Positions 21,036 through 31,413 are shown, counted from the stretch's first letter. The stretch is DNA of 64,000 nt from an uncultured Parachlamydiaceae bacterium (GCA_963742415.1 CAVULX010000004.1:704001-768000); one strand, 5' to 3'. Notes: generated by a model from the sequence alone, not told the origin. Numbers and translations are program-made.

Positions 21036-21332
21036 AAGAATTTTATGTCGTCCTTACAGGACTCTGCTCTTTTTTGCATTTTACCCAGGCCTTCGCTTCG
21101 CTACGACCTGGGCTATGATATTCCGCGCCTTCGGCGCTGAAAACGGCCTGAAAGGCCGAAATATTATAGCCCAGGTAGTAGCGAAGCGAAGGCCTGGGCT
21201 ACGATATTCCGCGCCTTCGGCGCTGAAAACGGCCTGAAAGGCCGAAATATTATAGCCCAGGTCGTAGCGAAGCGAAGGCCTGGGTAAAATGCAAAAAAGA
21301 ACAGAGTCCTGTAAGGACGACATAAAATTCTT
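21036..21332. repeat. GC-rich REP/REPIN-like composite palindrome with an internal 86-bp direct duplication
   Basis: About 80-bp near-perfect outer IR; TTCCGCGCCTTCGGCGC at 21121 and 21207; CCCAGG...CCTGGG sub-hairpins. Confidence 0.92.
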
Positions 21333-21424
21333 TTTCAGTCAGCAACTCGCCGGCTCAGTGGTTTTTAATTTTTTTAATTTTGTTTTGTGCTATACATACC
21401 TGTCAATGTATATTTTTAATTGAC

Positions 21425-22078
21425 ATGCAATCTTTTATCTATCTATTTCCCATTTTTAGTTTAATTTTTTTTTCCTGCTCAGAACATCAGGATGACCAAT
21501 CTGCTGCTATTGCTTGGCAAGAAATTACAGGCCGGGATTCCGGATCACCAACAAAACGGACACCCATCTATCGGGTAAAAGTCCCCCTATCTTGGTCTCG
21601 GCAAAACCCCTCCCCTCTTGAATCCCTTGAAGACACAACGAAAGCGCTTTGCAAATTTAAAATCACTGATACCGATCAGAATATTACAATTGCCATTCAT
21701 AATTTTCCTTCAGAAAATCTCAACGCAAGGATTCCACCCTCTGCACAGATTGCACGATGGAAACAGCAGTTTGAATCGCTTGAGCCTTGCTCCGCTGTGT
21801 TGAATCCCCAAGCTTACGGAGGATTCTCAGGGATCTTCTTTGAAGGGACAGGGATGTTAGATGGAAAGCGTACCACTATTTTTGGATGGGCTATGCAGCT
21901 CGCGCCTGAACATTATCAAAACCTTTTAAGCCAAACCCAAAATGAAGATCTTCATGCAAAACAACAACAAGCCGATTATACCATTAAAGCTGTGGGACCT
22001 GAAAAGCTCATGTCGAAGCATAAGCAGACGATCTTCGCTTTTGCCAACAGCTTTGAACTGATCGAAGAACTGCCATGA
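21425..22078 (+). CDS. Putative lipoprotein, first gene of the cytochrome c biogenesis cluster
   Basis: Lipobox-like LIFFSC; 6-nt gap to the next gene. Confidence 0.65.
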   Translation: MQSFIYLFPIFSLIFFSCSEHQDDQSAAIAWQEITGRDSGSPTKRTPIYRVKVPLSWSRQNPSPLESLEDTTKALCKFKITDTDQNITIAIHNFPSENLNARIPPSAQIARWKQQFESLEPCSAVLNPQAYGGFSGIFFEGTGMLDGKRTTIFGWAMQLAPEHYQNLLSQTQNEDLHAKQQQADYTIKAVGPEKLMSKHKQTIFAFANSFELIEELP

Positions 22079-22084
22079 TATTTT

Positions 22085-24421
22085 ATGCACATTATAAGTA
22101 AGCTATTCTATTTTTTTGGGAGCATCTATTTCGCCCTCTTTCTACTAGGTACGGTGGCGCTTTTCGTCATCGCAGGAACATTCTTGGAGTCTATCACTGA
22201 TTCCCACCTTTTTGCAGAATATTTTACCTACCAAAATCCCATCTTCAAAGCGCTGCTTTGGGGGTTTTTTATCAATATCCTCTTTTCTTCTTTTCGTCGA
22301 TGGCCCTTCAAGCGTAAGCACATCCCGTTTTTAATTACACATTTGGGACTTTTGATGATTTTTGCCGGAGTATTGATTAAAAACTATCGAGGAACGCAAG
22401 GGACGATGATGATTGTGGAAGGATCAGGAAGTCATGAAATACTCGTCGCTAACACCTATTCTTTAAATGTAACCCAAAAAGAGGGGCAGCAAGAAAATTA
22501 CCCACTGAAGAGATCATTTTTTGGAAAATTTCAAACAACTTTCATTGACACGCCTGAATTGAAATTAGATCTTAAAGAGTATCTACCTCATGGCAAAGAA
22601 TCATTTGAAACTTGGATCAAAGGAAATAAGACCTATATTAGCGGATTAAAGCCTTTCGAAGTATCTTCCATCCCACCTTCAGGCTTTTTAGATCCAATTC
22701 CGATTGCCTCCAAAGTAAAGCTTACCCCCGATCGAGTTTGGAATTTGATTTCCATTCGGTGCAATGAAAATGTCGATCAGATTGCAAAGCAAACCTATGC
22801 TGAAAATGCGATTCTTAAAATTTCCCATTCCTTAACAGGGCAGCTACTTTATCAAGGGGCGCTGAAAGATGCTTTGCAGAATCATGTCCAATGGGGGGGG
22901 TGCAGAGCTGGCTTGAACTTAATTTTCGACTCCATGGCAAATGATTACAAGCTCGAGGCCAATCTATCCGCTGGAAAAAAACCCTCGGCAACAGTGTTAA
23001 CGGTTCCTCTTTCGGGTCCATCTGCTTTATTAAACAAAACAATTTCCAATTTTGCAGGTGCTCCTCCCCTGCTGATCGATCTGAAGTGCACACCCTCCCT
23101 TTTATTTATTCAAGATTCCCGAGAAAACACTTTTCTGTTTGCTTTCGATCCATGCGGCCGGATCCATAGTGAACAGTTTACCAAACAAATGCCGGCAACT
23201 TATTTGTCTTACGACCATGGGCATGGCGGCTATGGGGTCAAAGCCCATATCCCATTTTTTTTTGAGACAGCAAACCGGGCATTTATCGAAAAGGCTCAAT
23301 TAAAAGAAATGGGTGCAATGATTCAAAAAGGGGTGGATGCTTCGACCCCCTTATCCCCTCCTCTGCAGATTTTCAAAGCAGCTTGCCAACAATCCAAAGT
23401 CGATTTTGTTGCTGCTTGTTTAGAATATTTAGACCTTTGGAATAAAAGCCATGCCTACTTTTACCCTGAAGAAGCTGCAACTGTTCTTTCGGCAGATCTT
23501 AACAAAGCCCTGGCGCATCTCGATTTTGCAGACAACCTCCAAGCTTGCGTATGGGCAAAAACCCTTGTGAAAGATTTGCTTGAAGAAATGGAATCCGGCG
23601 AAGATTTGATTTTAGTTTTAAAAGAAAAAAAATGGCCCTTTGTCGACGCTTTAGAATCTCTTCGTGAAACCTCAGGTCCATGCAGCCCTGAGGAAGCAGC
23701 CCGCATCATGAATGGGCTCATCATGCAAATACTGCAGATAGGAAAGGATCTCCCTCCAGTTCCAAAGGGGGAATCTAACGGTGCATTGTTATCAGTCCTC
23801 TTGCGGGCATATGACATCCACCTCTCTGCCGTTGCTCCGGCTCCTCCTGCTGCCCACGGTTTTACTTTAGAATGTCCTCTCACCCCCAAATATCAAAGAG
23901 GATCTCCCCATGTAAAACTGGAAGACAATTCCCCCAAAATTGTGGTGGAGGCTGCTTCCCAAGCAAGGAACATAAAATCATCAACGGCTGCCCTTCTTTA
24001 CGATCGCAATGCCACGGGATTAAAATGGCCTATCTTAAGAGGGACCTATTTGATCAGGTTTCAGCCTGAAGTAAAAAAAATCCCTTACCATGTGAGGCTG
24101 CGGCAAGCCCGGACTCTCTACTACCCAGGTTCTACGCAACCTTATAGCTTCGAAAGCGATTTGATTATTACAGACAAAAAAACCGGACAGCAGGTAGAAA
24201 AAACCATCAGCATGAACCAGGTCCATGAAACTTGGGATGGCTACCGCTTGTACTTGTCAAATATTGCTCCGCGCAATAATGGTGAAGTTAAAAAAGTGCA
24301 AATCGTCGTCAATCATGATCCTGCAAAGTTTTGGTTGACCTATCCAGGGGCCCTTTTATTATGTGCCGGAATTATTTTGCTTTTCTGGCTTCGTCCATAT
24401 TCTGAAAAAAAGTATAAATGA
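22085..24421 (+). CDS. Cytochrome c biogenesis ResB/CcsB-like protein (system II)
   Basis: N-terminal TMs with IAGTFLES and ITHLGLL, large soluble domain, C-terminal ISMN...NHDP...TYPG plus TM. Confidence 0.75.
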   Translation: MHIISKLFYFFGSIYFALFLLGTVALFVIAGTFLESITDSHLFAEYFTYQNPIFKALLWGFFINILFSSFRRWPFKRKHIPFLITHLGLLMIFAGVLIKNYRGTQGTMMIVEGSGSHEILVANTYSLNVTQKEGQQENYPLKRSFFGKFQTTFIDTPELKLDLKEYLPHGKESFETWIKGNKTYISGLKPFEVSSIPPSGFLDPIPIASKVKLTPDRVWNLISIRCNENVDQIAKQTYAENAILKISHSLTGQLLYQGALKDALQNHVQWGGCRAGLNLIFDSMANDYKLEANLSAGKKPSATVLTVPLSGPSALLNKTISNFAGAPPLLIDLKCTPSLLFIQDSRENTFLFAFDPCGRIHSEQFTKQMPATYLSYDHGHGGYGVKAHIPFFFETANRAFIEKAQLKEMGAMIQKGVDASTPLSPPLQIFKAACQQSKVDFVAACLEYLDLWNKSHAYFYPEEAATVLSADLNKALAHLDFADNLQACVWAKTLVKDLLEEMESGEDLILVLKEKKWPFVDALESLRETSGPCSPEEAARIMNGLIMQILQIGKDLPPVPKGESNGALLSVLLRAYDIHLSAVAPAPPAAHGFTLECPLTPKYQRGSPHVKLEDNSPKIVVEAASQARNIKSSTAALLYDRNATGLKWPILRGTYLIRFQPEVKKIPYHVRLRQARTLYYPGSTQPYSFESDLIITDKKTGQQVEKTISMNQVHETWDGYRLYLSNIAPRNNGEVKKVQIVVNHDPAKFWLTYPGALLLCAGIILLFWLRPYSEKKYK

Positions 24422-24444
24422 GAAATCTGGGAACAGGGATATTA

Positions 24445-24556
24445 ATATTCAACGCAAAGGCGCAAAGACGCAAAGGTGCAATGAGGAGAAGGAAATTAGT
24501 TATCGTACTTTGTTTTTACGTTTCCCTTTGCACCTTTGCGTCTTTGCGTTGAATAT
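24445..24556. repeat. Palindromic element, CGCAAAG family
   Basis: ATATTCAACGCAAAGGCGCAAAGACGCAAAGGTGCA pairs with TGCACCTTTGCGTCTTTGCGTTGAATAT. Confidence 0.88.
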
Positions 24557-24568
24557 CGAGCAATTTAT

Positions 24569-26398
24569 ATGACAAGTTTCACAAAGATCTTTTTTGTTTT
24601 AATACTGGGTATTTTTTGCCCGTCGAAAGGGATTGCCTTTGACTCTTTGGACTGGGCTGAAGTTCCTACGTTATATAAAGGGCGGTTTAGACCTTTAGAT
24701 ACATGCGCCAGGCTTTGGCTTTATGACTTTTATCATGAGCAACACATCAAAAAAGATGACCTCCCATTATTCCATGCCAATAACAAATCAGCGCTCAACT
24801 TTATGTGGAATATCCATTGCCAAGGATACGGGCTTTGGATTGATGCTCCCCTATTTTGGATATCTTCTGCCAAGCTGAAAACAGACTTAGGCCTTCCCTT
24901 AAAGCAAAGCCGGTTCCCCTTTAATCAATTAGATGAAAAACGGCTTGCCAACTCTCTCTTAACAAATAATTCTGAGGCCTCCCATCTAAAAGAATTGCTT
25001 GTCCAGTTTATTCACTTTAAAGGGGCCTATGACATGAGTGCCGATCCCTACGTCCTTTATTACAAAAAATTAAGTGAAGCGGGCTATAATCCAAAAAAAA
25101 TAAGCCTTGCCCTAGAAGAAAACTTTCCCCTTCCCAATCGCCTTAGTCAAGCCGGCTCGACATTCATTGTCCTGCCGGGTCGATTTGAATCTGGAATTTG
25201 GTATTCTCTGCAAGCTTTGCTTTTGCAAGTGTTTAATCCCGTAACGAATCGGTTAGAACCCATTCACAATTTCACGGTTTACTCAGATGAAATGTTTAAT
25301 GAGCTTAAGTCACTCTACTTCAAATCTTTAACAAAAAAAGAAGCCGCGCAAGGATCGGAGCAACTCGCTAAAAAGTTGAAAGAAGGGTATTCGTTCCTTG
25401 CTAGCAAACCCTATAAACAGGCTTATGGGAATAAATTTTTAACTTACCCCTCCCCTCTTCAACTCAAAATCGAAAGATATTATTACGAATATTCATGGAT
25501 CTCTTTTTGCCTCTTTTTTTACACTTTGGCATCCTTCTGTTTCTTCTTGTATTTAACCTTAAAAAGGGGATCTCTCAACTCTTTAGGTTTTGTTTGCTTC
25601 CTCCTAGGATTTGGCCTACACACGCTCATTCTAGCTACCCGCAGCTTTATCCTTCAGCGCCCTCCAGTTTCAAATATGTTTGAAACTGTCATCTATGTCC
25701 CCTGGGTTGCTGCGCTAGTGGCTCTTCTACTTAGCTACTTTATGAAAAACATCTTTGTTTTGCTTGGAGCTTCCTTAGTTTCTGTCGCTTTGCTTATCCT
25801 TCTTAAAGCCGCTAACTTAAGTAGCAGTTTAGAAAATGTACAAGCTGTCCTTGACTCCCAATATTGGTTGATTGTCCACGTCTTGATGGTCGTCGGAAGC
25901 TATGGAGCCTTTTTATTAAGTGGAATCTTGGGCCATTTTTATCTTATAGGATATCGCTTGAAGGGATTTGAAACCCCCTCCTTGCATTTTATTGCAAAAT
26001 TTATCCTTCAGTCAATGTATCTAGGAGTGGCTCTCCTGATCGGGGGCACAATTCTAGGAGGCGTTTGGGCTGCGGAAAGCTGGGGGCGATTCTGGGATTG
26101 GGATCCTAAAGAGTCGTGGGCTTTTATTTCCTCCTGCATTTATTTACTGTGGATTCATGCGTATACATTTAACCGTATAGGAAATTTTGGCCTTGCCATT
26201 GGTTCAGTTATAGGCTTGATAGCCATTACCTTTACATGGTATGGTGTGAATTATATCTTGGGAACCGGGCTGCATAGCTACGGCTTTGGGGATGGTGGTG
26301 AACATTTTTATTATTCATACATCATTCTGGAAGGAATTTTCCTTTCTTACGCATCCCTTTTTCCAAACCATAGTAGGGGAAAACAAAATGAAAAGTAA
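24569..26398 (+). CDS. ccsA: Cytochrome c biogenesis protein CcsA/ResC
   Basis: WWD domain GGVWAAESWGRFWDWDPKE, PVSNMFET, WLIVHV, GLHSYG. Confidence 0.92.
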   Translation: MTSFTKIFFVLILGIFCPSKGIAFDSLDWAEVPTLYKGRFRPLDTCARLWLYDFYHEQHIKKDDLPLFHANNKSALNFMWNIHCQGYGLWIDAPLFWISSAKLKTDLGLPLKQSRFPFNQLDEKRLANSLLTNNSEASHLKELLVQFIHFKGAYDMSADPYVLYYKKLSEAGYNPKKISLALEENFPLPNRLSQAGSTFIVLPGRFESGIWYSLQALLLQVFNPVTNRLEPIHNFTVYSDEMFNELKSLYFKSLTKKEAAQGSEQLAKKLKEGYSFLASKPYKQAYGNKFLTYPSPLQLKIERYYYEYSWISFCLFFYTLASFCFFLYLTLKRGSLNSLGFVCFLLGFGLHTLILATRSFILQRPPVSNMFETVIYVPWVAALVALLLSYFMKNIFVLLGASLVSVALLILLKAANLSSSLENVQAVLDSQYWLIVHVLMVVGSYGAFLLSGILGHFYLIGYRLKGFETPSLHFIAKFILQSMYLGVALLIGGTILGGVWAAESWGRFWDWDPKESWAFISSCIYLLWIHAYTFNRIGNFGLAIGSVIGLIAITFTWYGVNYILGTGLHSYGFGDGGEHFYYSYIILEGIFLSYASLFPNHSRGKQNEK

Positions 26399-27209
26399 AA
26401 CATTTTTTTTCTTTTTTGCGATTTGGTTCATAAGCCACTTCGGAATTGTTCTCGGGTCGGAAGATTCCTTTTCCAAAAAATTAAAAGATCCCAAATACGA
26501 ATATGAATGTCCCCCCAATGTCGAAAAAAAAGTGTGGGATCTCGTAAAACCCCATTTGCTCCCTTCTAATCACCACATAAAACGAGTCTTAGATAAGATC
26601 TTTTCAGATTCTCGCGTGATAGCGGATAAAGAATCCGTGGAGTGCGCTGGATTTTTAAAGCCGCGTCAAAGGCAATTCAGCCACGCGATTGTATCAAAGC
26701 ATCCAAAGTTGAAAGACTATCTTGTCAAAATGTATTTAGATAGTTCACCTATTTGTGAGTGGCGGCAGTGGCTAGCACGTATCAGAGGTGCAAAATGCGC
26801 ACAGCGGTCCATCGAACAACATCAAGTACAACATTTGTTTAAAGTTCCGCAAAAATGGATTTATCCCCTTCCAGCCCGTTCAGCATTGCCGCCTGGAACT
26901 CCATGCAAAAACTTTATTCTCGTCGTTGAAAATATGCACGTCTACCACAGGCAAAAAAATCAGGATCGTTGGAAAAGCTCTCTCATGACAAAAGAGAGGC
27001 TCGATGCGCTCTATCTTATTATTTCTGAAAATGGTTTGAGTGATTCGGTTTATGCATTCAACGTTCCCTTTTGCCGAGACGGCAAGCAAGCTTTTATAGA
27101 TACCGAATATCATCATCGGCCCATGACCTTCGAAAGAACTCTCCAGTTTTTGTCCCGTCCTATGGCGAAGTATTGGGAGCAGATCATCAATAAAGCCAAT
27201 TCTCAATAA
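26388..27209 (+). CDS. Exported hypothetical protein, possibly with a kinase-like fold
   Basis: Signal-peptide-like N terminus; YLVK, DSVYAFNV and AFIDTE at kinase-like spacing. Confidence 0.5.
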   Translation: MKSKTFFFFFAIWFISHFGIVLGSEDSFSKKLKDPKYEYECPPNVEKKVWDLVKPHLLPSNHHIKRVLDKIFSDSRVIADKESVECAGFLKPRQRQFSHAIVSKHPKLKDYLVKMYLDSSPICEWRQWLARIRGAKCAQRSIEQHQVQHLFKVPQKWIYPLPARSALPPGTPCKNFILVVENMHVYHRQKNQDRWKSSLMTKERLDALYLIISENGLSDSVYAFNVPFCRDGKQAFIDTEYHHRPMTFERTLQFLSRPMAKYWEQIINKANSQ

Positions 27210-27405
27210 AAGAGTTAAAAGCTTTCTTTTCCAATAAGAAGGTCTTTTTTAATACAAAGCATTAGTATTCAAAAGGATATGAATTTTAAAGAAGTTATTA
27301 AAAATTTTAATTTAACAAAATCTTAATTTTTTGTATCACGGTAGAAAGATCAGATTCATTTTGCATAGGCTGTACAAAATTAATTTTACTTGTAGGAGGT
27401 GTATC

Positions 27406-29649
27406 ATGAGCGGTCCATTAGATAAAATTGGCGGTAAAAGTAATGTAGATGTGATTAAGCAAAATAATAACAATACTAATCGCAAAAATAACAAGAGAGA
27501 AAAAGCACTTTCAAATTCAGCTCAAGAAATATTGGCTGAGCCACTAACAGCTCCGCAAAGCCCTACAATGAATAAAGGAAAGGTTGTTCAGGTAGATGTA
27601 ACTGATATGACCATCAAGTTAGATGAGTTAAATGCTGAAAGAAATGATTTACAAAGAACAATCGAGTTGCAAAGAAAGCGAAAGCAGGAAATAAAAAAAA
27701 CGGTAGAAGAACATGAGGAAAAGATCAAGCATCTCGAAGATGAAATTAAAGAAGCTTACGAGACCAGGCTCCAATGGTCTGATAAAGCTGAAATTTATCG
27801 CGTGGAAGCTGAAAACAACGCTCAAATGGCTCAACAACATTCACTCGAAAAAGAAGCTGCAGCAAGAGAAGCTGAGGAACTCAAGTTTGAACGGCAAAAC
27901 CTCCAAAAAACTGTCGAAGATCAAGCCGGACTCATTGCAGCTTATGAAAGTTTAGATAGGGAACAAAAGAACGAAAACGAAGGCCTTAAAGCTGAAAAGG
28001 ATAAGATTGATCAGGCTCTTCAAGACTTTCTAAGGGAATTAGAAGAATCGAGAAATGAAAAAGAAAAACTAATCCAAGATGCAGCATCTGATCAAGCTCA
28101 AGCTGCAAGTACCATTGCTGAGTTAACTAATAAGATTTCTGTCCTTACTCTTCAGACACAAAATACAAATGAAGAAGTCAGGCAATTCGAGGTCATGAAT
28201 GCAGAAACAGTAGAAGTTACAAACTTATTACATGATCAGTTTTTTCAGCATGAAGCAGAGTTGAAAACAAATGCAGAATTAGTTAGTGCAGCTTTGGAGA
28301 ATGAATCTGATTTGAGTCAAGTAATTGAAACTGTGAGAGAAAATCTTAAAGGCAAGAAAAACCTTATCGAACAACAAATATCGATTAATGAAGAGAACAA
28401 CACAAGACTGATGGATATTCTTAAAAAAAGAAATATATTAAGCGCCACAGGGACCCTAAATCAATTATATATAACTAAGTGCGAAAATTTGCAAAATTGG
28501 TTAGCAGAATGCAGCAATGAACCAAAAAAGATTCGCGAAATGCGAGTTAAAGTCTCGCAATTATTAGATGATTGCCATTTAGCCAAATCAGAACTAGAAG
28601 CACTTTCAGTCGATCAGTACACAAACATCAAGAGCAGATTTGAGGAATTAACAGCTAGATATCTTGTTCTCAACGAGGAAAAAACAGAATTTTTAGACCA
28701 TGGAATTATCCGACATATCAGTAAATTAAGTGCTCAAGCTGACGTGACAATCACACCTCCCTCAGATGAAGCTCTAAGCTACAGGTTTGATACTCGTAAT
28801 GAAGATTCAAAAAAAGCCATTTTAGAAGACCTAAATGCTATAAGTCTTGAAGAAAAAGAGCGATATATTTTGTTGAGAGCTAAAATATCTGAGGATTGGA
28901 ATTCTGTTGGAACCAATTTAGGAAATGTGGAAATCCTTCTTAATAAAATCAAACTAATGTCTGATCTTGCATATCCTCTAAAGAATATACAAAATCGTTT
29001 AGACGGTCTTTATTCAGACTCTCAGAAAAAACTTGATAGCCTTGTTAGCAACACAAAGGTGCTTAAGTTTAAAGTTGAACTGTATGAAAAGGCCCTTGCT
29101 ACACTCGGTGGAAAGCTTAAAGAGATCGAAGAATTGACTAAAGAATATGGAACAAAATACAAAATAGAATATGAAAAAATTATAAATTTAATTGGAAACT
29201 TCAACGATCTAATTGCAGTATTGGAAGGAAAAATAAAAGAAACAAAGTCAGTAAATTTGCTCAATGATTATCTAACAACGTTTACCATAAATAAGCACAC
29301 AGCTGAAGAGTCAGTAAAAGCAGACATTTTAAATTCGCTAAAAAGCCAAAAGGTTCAATTGGAGGAAGTGAAAATAGCAAGTGAAGAGACATGGAAATTG
29401 ATACTGCGTAAATTGCCTGAGACTGCAAGGCAAATTGATAAAATCGTAGATGCTAAGGATAACAAAGCATCTCCTGGCATGCCTTATTACAGACTTCTAA
29501 CTAAAACGCCCTATGCTATTTATCATGAAAATGAACAGCGTTGCGCAGAGATCCTTAAAACAATTGTTGGAAAATCAGACGCAAAGAGCGAACTATCAAA
29601 AAGTTCCTCTTCTGTTAATTTGAGTGAACTTGCATCAACCGGAATATGA
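27406..29649 (+). CDS. Long coiled-coil hypothetical protein, putative effector
   Basis: E/K/Q-rich heptads over most of the length; AGGAGG RBS; low-complexity N terminus. Confidence 0.75.
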   Translation: MSGPLDKIGGKSNVDVIKQNNNNTNRKNNKREKALSNSAQEILAEPLTAPQSPTMNKGKVVQVDVTDMTIKLDELNAERNDLQRTIELQRKRKQEIKKTVEEHEEKIKHLEDEIKEAYETRLQWSDKAEIYRVEAENNAQMAQQHSLEKEAAAREAEELKFERQNLQKTVEDQAGLIAAYESLDREQKNENEGLKAEKDKIDQALQDFLRELEESRNEKEKLIQDAASDQAQAASTIAELTNKISVLTLQTQNTNEEVRQFEVMNAETVEVTNLLHDQFFQHEAELKTNAELVSAALENESDLSQVIETVRENLKGKKNLIEQQISINEENNTRLMDILKKRNILSATGTLNQLYITKCENLQNWLAECSNEPKKIREMRVKVSQLLDDCHLAKSELEALSVDQYTNIKSRFEELTARYLVLNEEKTEFLDHGIIRHISKLSAQADVTITPPSDEALSYRFDTRNEDSKKAILEDLNAISLEEKERYILLRAKISEDWNSVGTNLGNVEILLNKIKLMSDLAYPLKNIQNRLDGLYSDSQKKLDSLVSNTKVLKFKVELYEKALATLGGKLKEIEELTKEYGTKYKIEYEKIINLIGNFNDLIAVLEGKIKETKSVNLLNDYLTTFTINKHTAEESVKADILNSLKSQKVQLEEVKIASEETWKLILRKLPETARQIDKIVDAKDNKASPGMPYYRLLTKTPYAIYHENEQRCAEILKTIVGKSDAKSELSKSSSSVNLSELASTGI

Positions 29650-29686
29650 ACCTAATCGTTTAGCAACAACTAGTTGAATCTATCAC

Positions 29687-29724
29687 CCCGAGAGCTACGG
29701 CCCAGTAGCCCTCGGGTTTTTTTT
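29687..29724 (+). terminator. Rho-independent terminator
   Basis: CCCGAGAGCTAC-GGCCCA-GTAGCCCTCGGG followed by T8. Confidence 0.8.
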
Positions 29725-29786
29725 ATTAAAAAAAATTACCACAGAGAAAAATGAGATCGTTGAGAATTTTTGTATTATTTATGCAG

Positions 29787-30410
29787 CTACATCTTTTCGG
29801 CGAGCTGCTGGGCAGCTAATTTGGCTTCTTTCAATTTTTGTTTTCTCTTTTCCTCGCCCTTGTCCATGGGCTGCGCGTTAATGAATGTGATGTCTGTAAT
29901 ACCCACAAATCCAAAGATGGCGCGCAAGTAGGGCTCTTGAAAGTCAAGACTCAAAGATTCTTTCGAGGTATATTCCCCTCCTCTACTTGTAATGACGAGC
30001 ATCTTTTTGTTTTTTGCCAAACCTTCCACCCCTTTGTCAGTATAGCGAAAGAGGTGCCTTGGCTGAACAATAACATCGATATATTGCTTCAACATATAAG
30101 GAATGCTGAAATTCCACATCGGGGTGCTGACGACATAGATATTTGCTGATAGAAATCGTTCAATATAACGGATGATCTCTTTCCATTCATGCTTGGCTTC
30201 CTCAGAAAGATCTTTTCCTGATGCCAGCATGTATTTCCCGTCTAATTGCTTCAAGCTCATATTGGGAATAGTTTCTTTGGCTAGATTCAGCTCATCAACG
30301 ACACAATCGGGATGATTTTCCTTAAAGGCTTTTAAAAACACTTCACTGACCTGTAATGTCCTCGATTGTTCCTCCCGTGGGGATGCAATAATATGCAAGA
30401 GCTTTTCCAT
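29787..30410 (-). CDS. azoR: FMN-dependent NADH-azoreductase
   Basis: IIASPR, PMWNFSIPYMLKQYID, TSRGG, FQEPYLRAIFGFVG. Confidence 0.92.
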   Translation of the reverse strand: MEKLLHIIASPREEQSRTLQVSEVFLKAFKENHPDCVVDELNLAKETIPNMSLKQLDGKYMLASGKDLSEEAKHEWKEIIRYIERFLSANIYVVSTPMWNFSIPYMLKQYIDVIVQPRHLFRYTDKGVEGLAKNKKMLVITSRGGEYTSKESLSLDFQEPYLRAIFGFVGITDITFINAQPMDKGEEKRKQKLKEAKLAAQQLAEKM

Positions 30411-30489
30411 AAGTGCACTCCTTGCTTAATTCTTCCGCTTAATTTAACTTTAAATTAAAATTTTAATTTTTAAAAGGTAGATCTGCCAA

Positions 30490-31413
30490 TTAAACAAAGG
30501 GGCATCTAACCCAATGATTTTTCTTAACCTCTTGCATTTCAATATGTTGAAATTCACAAGAGGGTTTAGCTTTGAAGCATCGAGGATAAAAGACGCACCC
30601 CTTGGAAGAAAGCCGATGGCTCTCAGGTTCCCCTTTTAAAATAATTAATTTTCTCTGTTTTTGCAGATGGGGATTGGCTATCGGTATGGCCGATAAAAGT
30701 GCTTGTGTATAAGGATGGAACGGGGTGGCAAAAAGATCCTTTACCGGAGCCATTTCAACAATTTTTCCCAAATACATGACAACAACCCTATCTGCAATTT
30801 TTTGCACAGCTTCCAGATCATGGGTAATAAACAAATAGGTCATTGACAATTGTTGTTTTAATTGCTGCAGAAGGGCCAAAATATGGTTTTGTGTCGAAAG
30901 ATCGAGAGCGGAAACAGGCTCATCACAGACAATAAAACGGGGCTTCACAGATAGAGCACGGGCAATCCCCACCCTTTGACGCTGCCCGCCGCTTAGCTCA
31001 TGGGGATAGCGCGATAAAAGGTCTCTATCGAGCCTCACTTGCTCAGATAATTCTTTAATTCTTTCTTTTCGAGCACACCCAAAGGCTAAATCATGAATTA
31101 TCAAACCTTCTCCAATAATATCTTCCACAAGCATGCGCGGATTTAACGAAGCGTAAGGGTCTTGAAAAATCATCTGAATTTCTCGGCACAAGAGTTTTCC
31201 CCAATCAGCAATATTTTTTCCCCCATATGAGATGGAACCGGCCGTTAAAGGAATTAAATTGAGCAACGCTTTTCCCAGTGTCGATTTACCACAGCCGCTC
31301 TCCCCTACAACTGCTAAAGTTTCGCTGGGAAAAATACGCAAATTGATCCTACTGAGGGCCTCGACATTGTCATATCTCTTAATGAGATCCGTTGCTTCAA
31401 TCAGAGGCTTCAT
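30490..31413 (-). CDS. oppF: Oligopeptide ABC transporter ATP-binding protein
   Basis: GESGCGKST, LSGGQRQR, HPYT; ATG at 31413 preferred. Confidence 0.88.
   Translation of the reverse strand: MKPLIEATDLIKRYDNVEALSRINLRIFPSETLAVVGESGCGKSTLGKALLNLIPLTAGSISYGGKNIADWGKLLCREIQMIFQDPYASLNPRMLVEDIIGEGLIIHDLAFGCARKERIKELSEQVRLDRDLLSRYPHELSGGQRQRVGIARALSVKPRFIVCDEPVSALDLSTQNHILALLQQLKQQLSMTYLFITHDLEAVQKIADRVVVMYLGKIVEMAPVKDLFATPFHPYTQALLSAIPIANPHLQKQRKLIILKGEPESHRLSSKGCVFYPRCFKAKPSCEFQHIEMQEVKKNHWVRCPFV

Noticed and set aside
21036..21332. CRISPR array, or ORFs 20968..21237 and 21081..21323
   Set aside because: The units are inverted or duplicated with identical interiors, there are no unique spacers or cas genes, and the ORFs are translations of the palindrome
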